A stretch of 64,000 nucleotides of DNA from a virus: the IMG/VR virus record IMGVR_UViG_3300044568_003939. One strand, 5' to 3'. The position numbers and the translations under genes were made by a program. Below the pieces are notes generated by a model, which saw nothing but the letters and a program-made list of their open reading frames with translations, made no database searches and had not been told where the DNA came from. This document shows positions 59,162 through 64,000 of this stretch, piece after piece (positions within the stretch are counted from its first letter, which is position 1; the number at the start of each line of letters is the position of its first letter).

Positions 59162-59296
59162 ATGCTTGAAATACTTAAATTCGTCTTCTCTTCATTTTGG
59201 ATCTGGCTAGGCACCATGTTTCTTATTTGTGCAATTGGCACGGCACTTAATGCTGTAATTGTAGCCTTTCGCGGTAAAGCTGTTAGCCTTCTCTAA
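59162..59296 (+). CDS. 44-aa membrane peptide
   Basis: MLEILKFVFSSFWIWLG...; ATTATG start context; fills a gap. Confidence 0.5.
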   Translation: MLEILKFVFSSFWIWLGTMFLICAIGTALNAVIVAFRGKAVSLL

Positions 59297-59349
59297 AAGA
59301 AAAATACATCCTCGCCAAATACATTTTAGAAAACCAATAAATTATCAAT

Positions 59350-59625
59350 ATGAAACTACTGCCACTAATCCTTGCATCAGCATTACTATTATCATGCACA
59401 GAAAACCAACGAGCTAAGGCCTTTGGCGGAAACATGAATGTAGACGTTCCACTTGGAAACAAATTTGTTATTGCAACTTGGAAGACGTCTAAAGAAGGCA
59501 ATTCTTCATTATGGTATACTACGCGACCTATGCGTGAAGGAGAAGTGCCTGAGACATGGACAATGCGCGAGCAAAGCGACTTTGGTGTATGGGAAGGCAC
59601 TGTAACATTTAAAGAAAGCAAATAA
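59350..59625 (+). CDS. putative lipoprotein
   Basis: LLLSC lipobox; CTENQRAK.FGG...TWK...LWY.TRPM motif. Confidence 0.65.
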   Translation: MKLLPLILASALLLSCTENQRAKAFGGNMNVDVPLGNKFVIATWKTSKEGNSSLWYTTRPMREGEVPETWTMREQSDFGVWEGTVTFKESK

Positions 59626-59630
59626 CACTT

Positions 59631-59927
59631 ATGATTCCACTTATCTCAGTCGCTATCACACATCACTTTAAAGAAACATCTGACGTTGAATTGCGCTTCA
59701 ACCATCGGTCTAGCAATGCATACCGCACACAAGTATATGACGTATTTGCTGATGGCGCTCTATTGATGGAGTCATTGCGCATAGCAGAAATGATTCTCGA
59801 CTTTCGTAAAGAATCAGGCTGGAGCGATGATCGCATTCAAGCAGAAATGACAACCATTCTAATAGGCTATATTACAGCTGCAATGAATCGTGACGAACTA
59901 TCTGATGAAACAGTAACCAATGATTAA
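59631..59927 (+). CDS. hypothetical protein
   Basis: Operon packing. Confidence 0.5.
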   Translation: MIPLISVAITHHFKETSDVELRFNHRSSNAYRTQVYDVFADGALLMESLRIAEMILDFRKESGWSDDRIQAEMTTILIGYITAAMNRDELSDETVTND

Positions 59928-60579
59928 TACGCTAGTCATTAGCGATGTTCACTTGGGCACCAGTGTAAGTCAAAAAGAAAAGGTGCTGCAGGTACTGAAC
60001 TTTAAATTTAACACACTCGTCATCAATGGAGACTTGTTTGACAACTATTCATTTCATCGCTATGATAAAAAGGATTGGAAGATTCTTAGCAAAATTCGCA
60101 AGCTATCAAAAAGTCATCATGTGGTATTGGTATACGGCAATCATGATGAAGACGCAGAATTCTTGAGCGCAATAGCTGGCATGGATTTGGTTGATCATTA
60201 TGCTATAGAGATAAACGGCGTAAAGTTTCGCATAGAGCACGGCCATAACTATGATGAGTGGATCAGCGAACGCCCATTCATTACATGGTTCTTTACTGGA
60301 GCATACTACTGGATTCAAAAGTTTGATCGTCGCCATCGCTTTACACGCAAGATCAAACAGCTTAGCAAATCATGGATTAGAGCTAAGGATACTATTCGTG
60401 AAAGGTTTGTTCAAAAGCATGGCCGTGCGCACGATGTATTGTTAGCTGGTCATACACACTATCCTGAAGTACGCGTTTATGCCAATTGCACCTATGCCAA
60501 CAGCGGAAGCTTTTGCGATGAAACATGTTCATACATTGAGATATATGATGACGGAAATTTTAAATTAAAATACATATGA
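59920..60579 (+). CDS. calcineurin-like metallophosphoesterase (LpxH-like)
   Basis: SDVHLG, NGDLFD, GNHD, HGH.YD, GHTH, NSGS. Confidence 0.85.
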   Translation: MINTLVISDVHLGTSVSQKEKVLQVLNFKFNTLVINGDLFDNYSFHRYDKKDWKILSKIRKLSKSHHVVLVYGNHDEDAEFLSAIAGMDLVDHYAIEINGVKFRIEHGHNYDEWISERPFITWFFTGAYYWIQKFDRRHRFTRKIKQLSKSWIRAKDTIRERFVQKHGRAHDVLLAGHTHYPEVRVYANCTYANSGSFCDETCSYIEIYDDGNFKLKYI

Positions 60580-61145
60580 AAAGACTGATACTATTATTTA
60601 CCAACAGCTATGCACGTTCCTGTCTTTACTGGAGCATTCGTGGTTTCTTTATTCCACAGCAGCGTTGGCTTACACGAGTCATCCCGCGCACATACTGTGA
60701 TAAAGTCGAATTGGTACCGCGTGTATTGTTTGCAATCCTAATTGACTTTGTAGAGAAAGAAAAAGGATTGAGTCAACTTGACACCGATTGGAGTAAAGAA
60801 CTTGCGGCTGGTCACATTACACAAGAATATATTGATGATATCCAGAAAACATATGGCGAATTGCGTGATGCCTATAATTATGTTAAACATGAACGTGATG
60901 CAATGCAAGCTGCGCATGATGACAGCTACCCAAAGATGCTTCCTGGTGTTCATGGCGTATTTGAAGAGCCAACGTTTGATGCCGCAGGAAACAAATCAAG
61001 ATGTATGCGTTCATGCGAAACGCTGTATGGTATGAGTTTTGCTGAAGCATACGCTGAAACAAATCGTCTAGAATCTTTGATTGAACAGCGTGATCAAGAT
61101 GCAATGACGACCATTGTGCGACATGTAAAAGTCCTTTGGACATAA
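60576..61145 (+). CDS. hypothetical protein
   Basis: IPRT.CDK......LF.IL.DFVEKE motif; operon packing. Confidence 0.55.
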   Translation: MKRLILLFTNSYARSCLYWSIRGFFIPQQRWLTRVIPRTYCDKVELVPRVLFAILIDFVEKEKGLSQLDTDWSKELAAGHITQEYIDDIQKTYGELRDAYNYVKHERDAMQAAHDDSYPKMLPGVHGVFEEPTFDAAGNKSRCMRSCETLYGMSFAEAYAETNRLESLIEQRDQDAMTTIVRHVKVLWT

Positions 61146-61333
61146 ATGCTTTGATAAATAATTTTGTAGGAAATCTACAAAACAAATGGAGACTGCTATG
61201 TTAGCTGACTCTACACTCGTGTGAGACTATAGCGAAAGTTGAGTCTATACACAAAGCGGAGAAGAGTATGAAATGTGGTATGATACTCTCTCTGAAACCA
61301 AAACAAAATAAAATACCACAACCCAACAACACA

Positions 61334-61768
61334 ATGAAAAGAATAGCAATATCCCTAGCATTGGTGCTGTCTCTGTTCAGTTGCTCGCCTGTCTCTATTG
61401 CCGAAACGGCACGTTTAGATACAATAACAGTTGTACACATAGTAAGAGCCCGCATTACATATTACTGCCCTGGACAAGATCGTTGGGGCAGCCGCGTAGC
61501 ATCGCCAGCCGTTAAGGCAGCACGTCAAGGAATAACTGTAGCTGCGCATCCAGACTTTAAGTTTGGAACGCGCGTGTATATTCCTGCACTGAAGAACAAG
61601 ATTGATGACGGGAAATTTACCGTTCAAGATCGTGGATCTGCTGTAACAAGCAAAAAGGCAGCGCGCGGAAAAGCATATGTGTTTGATGTATTTGTTGCAT
61701 CAAACCGAGCCATAAGTCATATGTCAAAAACCACACCGGCGTGGACTGACGTTTACATCTTAAACTGA
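61334..61768 (+). CDS. 3D-domain (lytic transglycosylase-like) exported/lipoprotein
   Basis: Signal peptide with FSC; ITYY, TVAA.P.FKFGTRVYIP, VQDRG, FDVF. Confidence 0.75.
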   Translation: MKRIAISLALVLSLFSCSPVSIAETARLDTITVVHIVRARITYYCPGQDRWGSRVASPAVKAARQGITVAAHPDFKFGTRVYIPALKNKIDDGKFTVQDRGSAVTSKKAARGKAYVFDVFVASNRAISHMSKTTPAWTDVYILN

Positions 61769-61799
61769 AAAATGTCTGTGGCTTAAACCACAGTCCGAA

Positions 61800-61840
61800 A
61801 AAGGCATGAAATCTCTGAAAATGGGATTTCATGCCTTTAT
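61800..61840 (+). terminator. rho-independent terminator
   Basis: aaaggcatgaaatctc...gggatttcatgccttt. Confidence 0.75.
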
Positions 61841-62025
61841 GCTTAATCTGCTGGGCAATCCGCTGTAAAGAAGCTGCAAATCCTCTGAATTTCCGCTCAA
61901 AAATGGTCATTTGCGTAACTCGTTGATTTTCAATGGCCAAAAAAATATGCATTTTTCTTCATTTTTTCCTTTACAAGTCCTGAAAAATATGGTATAATAA
62001 TTCTGTAAGGAAACCATAAAATATT

Positions 62026-62118
62026 ATGCAAAACGCCGCTTTAGAACTTGCCGCAATCGCGCTCATTCTTGCAACGTTTTTTGTCTCAACGTTTTTTGCT
62101 TCTGAAACAAAACAATGA
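62026..62118 (+). CDS. 30-aa hydrophobic micropeptide
   Basis: MQNAALELAAIALILATFFVSTFFASETKQ; sole ORF between two promoter cassettes. Confidence 0.5.
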   Translation: MQNAALELAAIALILATFFVSTFFASETKQ

Positions 62119-62188
62119 ATTTTGTCCTTTACAAGAGCGACAAAAGTTGATACAATAACACCGTAAGGAAACCAAATAAACACACATT

Positions 62189-62578
62189 ATGATGACAAAA
62201 GTAAATGAAATGATTGACGCCCTCAATGCACAACCCAACGCCTCCGCTGGTTTTTCAGCAAAGACACTTTACCAGACCGGCCAACAATACGGCCTTACTT
62301 GTAAGGAAGTTCTGGAAACATTCCTAGGCAAAGAAAAAGCAATCTCTCGTGGCCTTTATGCCGCGACACTTGATGCTGACGTGAAGATTGTCAAGGCTGC
62401 TGCAAAGAAAGCAACAAAACCTGCTGCAAAGAAAGCAACAAAACCTGCTGCAAAGAAAGCAGCGAAACTTGTTAAGGCTGCAAAAACTGAAGCGATCGCC
62501 AATGATTATGCTGACACTGATTTTGACGGTGTTTGCTATATTGCAACTCCTGAGGAAATCGCCGAGAGCGAACGTTGA
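62189..62578 (+). CDS. protein with a domain paralogous to the AAA N-terminus plus a histone-H1-like AAKK tail
   Basis: LNA..SAKTLYQTGQQYGLT.KEV...RGLY; 24-bp tandem repeat 62397-62461 encoding AAKKATKP. Confidence 0.65.
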   Translation: MMTKVNEMIDALNAQPNASAGFSAKTLYQTGQQYGLTCKEVLETFLGKEKAISRGLYAATLDADVKIVKAAAKKATKPAAKKATKPAAKKAAKLVKAAKTEAIANDYADTDFDGVCYIATPEEIAESER

Positions 62579-62686
62579 AAACACACAAATCAACAACACC
62601 AACCAACGAAAATGAGTGGAGGACACTTCCAATATCAGCACCGGCTGATGGTGATAGGGACATCCGTGATCGATGCAACCAGTTAT

Positions 62687-62812
62687 CCAGAGAACGTCGA
62701 TCGGGAGGCTCGCAGTGAAAGCTGAACCTATGGAAACCACTACCACCGGGAAACCAACGCCAGAGACCGACCAAGCCGTGCGCGAGGCATTGCCTCTCAC
62801 GATTTGTTCGGC
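62687..62812. other. attC-like imperfect palindrome (GAGAAC...GTTCGGC)
   Basis: Arms gaac..gatcgggaggctcgc / gcga..gcctctcacgatttgttc; left arm repeated at 63254-63267. Confidence 0.4.
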
Positions 62813-63074
62813 TCTTGTTGTCCACTGCAAGAAGTCTAAGCACGACATATACATCGGAAGACCGTCCAAATGGGGAAACCCGTTCGAGATTGGGAAAGAT
62901 GGCGACCGAGAAGAGGTAATTCAAAAATACTGCGAATGGGTAATGGCTCAGCCTGATCTCATGGCCGCACTGCCTGAGTTGTGCGGGAAAGTGTTGGGAT
63001 GTTGGTGCGCTCCTAAAGCGTGTCACGGCGATGTGCTTGTCTCTCTTGCAAACCCCCCGACACAAAGACAATGA
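62730..63074 (+). CDS. DUF4326 protein
   Basis: VVHCK...DIYIGRPSKWGNPF, L.GK.LGCWCAP.ACHGDVL. Confidence 0.85.
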   Translation: METTTTGKPTPETDQAVREALPLTICSALVVHCKKSKHDIYIGRPSKWGNPFEIGKDGDREEVIQKYCEWVMAQPDLMAALPELCGKVLGCWCAPKACHGDVLVSLANPPTQRQ

Positions 63075-63286
63075 AACTGAATCAGACTGAACTATACGCC
63101 GCACTTGACAAACTCATCGACCGCATCGAGGGATGCGGCACGTCAACCGAACTCACGAACGCCGTCGTCCTCGCCTCTGATATACGGCAGGCCGTTGGGA
63201 ACGAATGGAACGTCCCGAACGAATTTGCCGCAACGCGGGTGCGACGGATTCTTCCTGAGAACGTCGAGGTGACTCGCGACAAATGA
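63071..63286 (+). CDS. hypothetical protein
   Basis: ATGA overlap with the DUF4326 gene; GC-richer codon usage. Confidence 0.55.
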   Translation: MKLNQTELYAALDKLIDRIEGCGTSTELTNAVVLASDIRQAVGNEWNVPNEFAATRVRRILPENVEVTRDK

Positions 63287-63378
63287 GCCACGAATCAACA
63301 ACAGACGTTACGCATTTTTTTCCTTTACAAGCTTGCATAAATGGTGTATAATAATCATGTAAGGAAATAAATTACATT

Positions 63379-63603
63379 ATGAAAACTATTTGGAAACTAT
63401 ATTACCGCTTGACTCTAGGGCAATCATACGAGAAGGCCTTCAGCACATCAAAAAATTACAACAAAATGATTCATCAGTCAACACACGCAAAACTCAATCA
63501 TTTTTACAATGCCCAAGGTGAAACAATTCGTGGATGGGCCAAGCCGCAAATCAGATCTAATGATAGCCGTAATATGCATCCACTAGAAATTAAATACCGC
63601 TAA
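63379..63603 (+). CDS. early hypothetical protein
   Basis: First ORF after a promoter cassette. Confidence 0.6.
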   Translation: MKTIWKLYYRLTLGQSYEKAFSTSKNYNKMIHQSTHAKLNHFYNAQGETIRGWAKPQIRSNDSRNMHPLEIKYR

Positions 63604-63622
63604 ATTGTTAGAACCAATAATT

Positions 63623-63868
63623 ATGAAAGGTAAATTTTTTAGATGTGACTGCGGAAGTGAAGGTCTATGGGTGGAGTATGACGGTTATGGCAGCACTGAG
63701 TTTGCGCTGTTCCATTATAATCCACAAGAACGTTCATGGTGCAATCGTATTAGATTAGCGTGGCAATGTCTTAAGGGCAAACCGTATACTGATATGGTAT
63801 TACTCAATGATCAAAGCATTGCAGATCTCGTAGATCAATTAATCAATATTCAAAACCGTGAAGTTTGA
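63623..63868 (+). CDS. hypothetical protein
   Basis: FFRCDCGSE...W..RI..AW..L.G motif. Confidence 0.6.
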   Translation: MKGKFFRCDCGSEGLWVEYDGYGSTEFALFHYNPQERSWCNRIRLAWQCLKGKPYTDMVLLNDQSIADLVDQLINIQNREV

Positions 63869-64000
63869 AGACATCATGGTTACAATAGTATTCTTTCTGT
63901 ATGCGGCAGTGGGAATTAGTTATGTAGCACAAAAGAATTACCCATGGGCACTCATTTGGTTTAGTTATGCAGCTGCAAACCTGGGACTCATCTGGGCGGC
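63858..64000 (+). CDS. small membrane protein (runs off the window)
   Basis: KFEDIMVTIVFFLYAAVGISY...WALIWFSYAAANLGL. Confidence 0.5.
   Translation, partial: MKFEDIMVTIVFFLYAAVGISYVAQKNYPWALIWFSYAAANLGLIWA

Noticed and set aside
1-64000. Stop-codon reassignment; tRNA or rRNA genes
   Set aside because: Core genes are full length in the standard code; no cloverleaf/T-loop or rRNA signature seen in the gaps

Overview
A 64-kb segment of a large T4-like (Tevenvirinae/Kyanoviridae-type gene order) myovirus genome, almost entirely on the + strand. From left to right it contains: an AT-rich glycan/small-molecule modification island (1-4705); a fibre/head-spike region with a 14x72-bp LRR repeat gene and three paralogous head-spike-fibre-like genes (4734-16435); the neck-terminase-sheath-tube-portal-protease-scaffold-capsid block gp13-gp23 (16452-30675); gp3, uvsY, uvsW, gp55, gp47, gp46, a VWA/MoxR-AAA pair, gp45, gp44, gp62, regA, hsp20 and gp43 (30759-49788); and a hyperplastic early region of small genes (RtcB, cyclic-phosphate receiver, HAD, Pth2, LpxH-like, 3D-domain, DUF4326) driven by a repeated sigma70-type promoter cassette. 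The most striking item is the large terminase gene. It is broken into two ORFs by an atypically split intein whose short N-fragment is fused in frame to a GIY-YIG/NUMOD3 homing endonuclease that also has its own late promoter and RBS. Other notable items: an attC-like cassette remnant (62.6-63.3 kb), a repeated CGTAAC-N3-TTGA-N3-TCAA operator-like motif upstream of early promoters, two antisense promoters sharing a 5' motif, a ROSE-type thermometer hairpin before hsp20, a free-standing paralog of the AAA N-terminal domain, and apparently widespread leaderless mRNAs. All product calls come from recognising motifs by eye; no database search was run.
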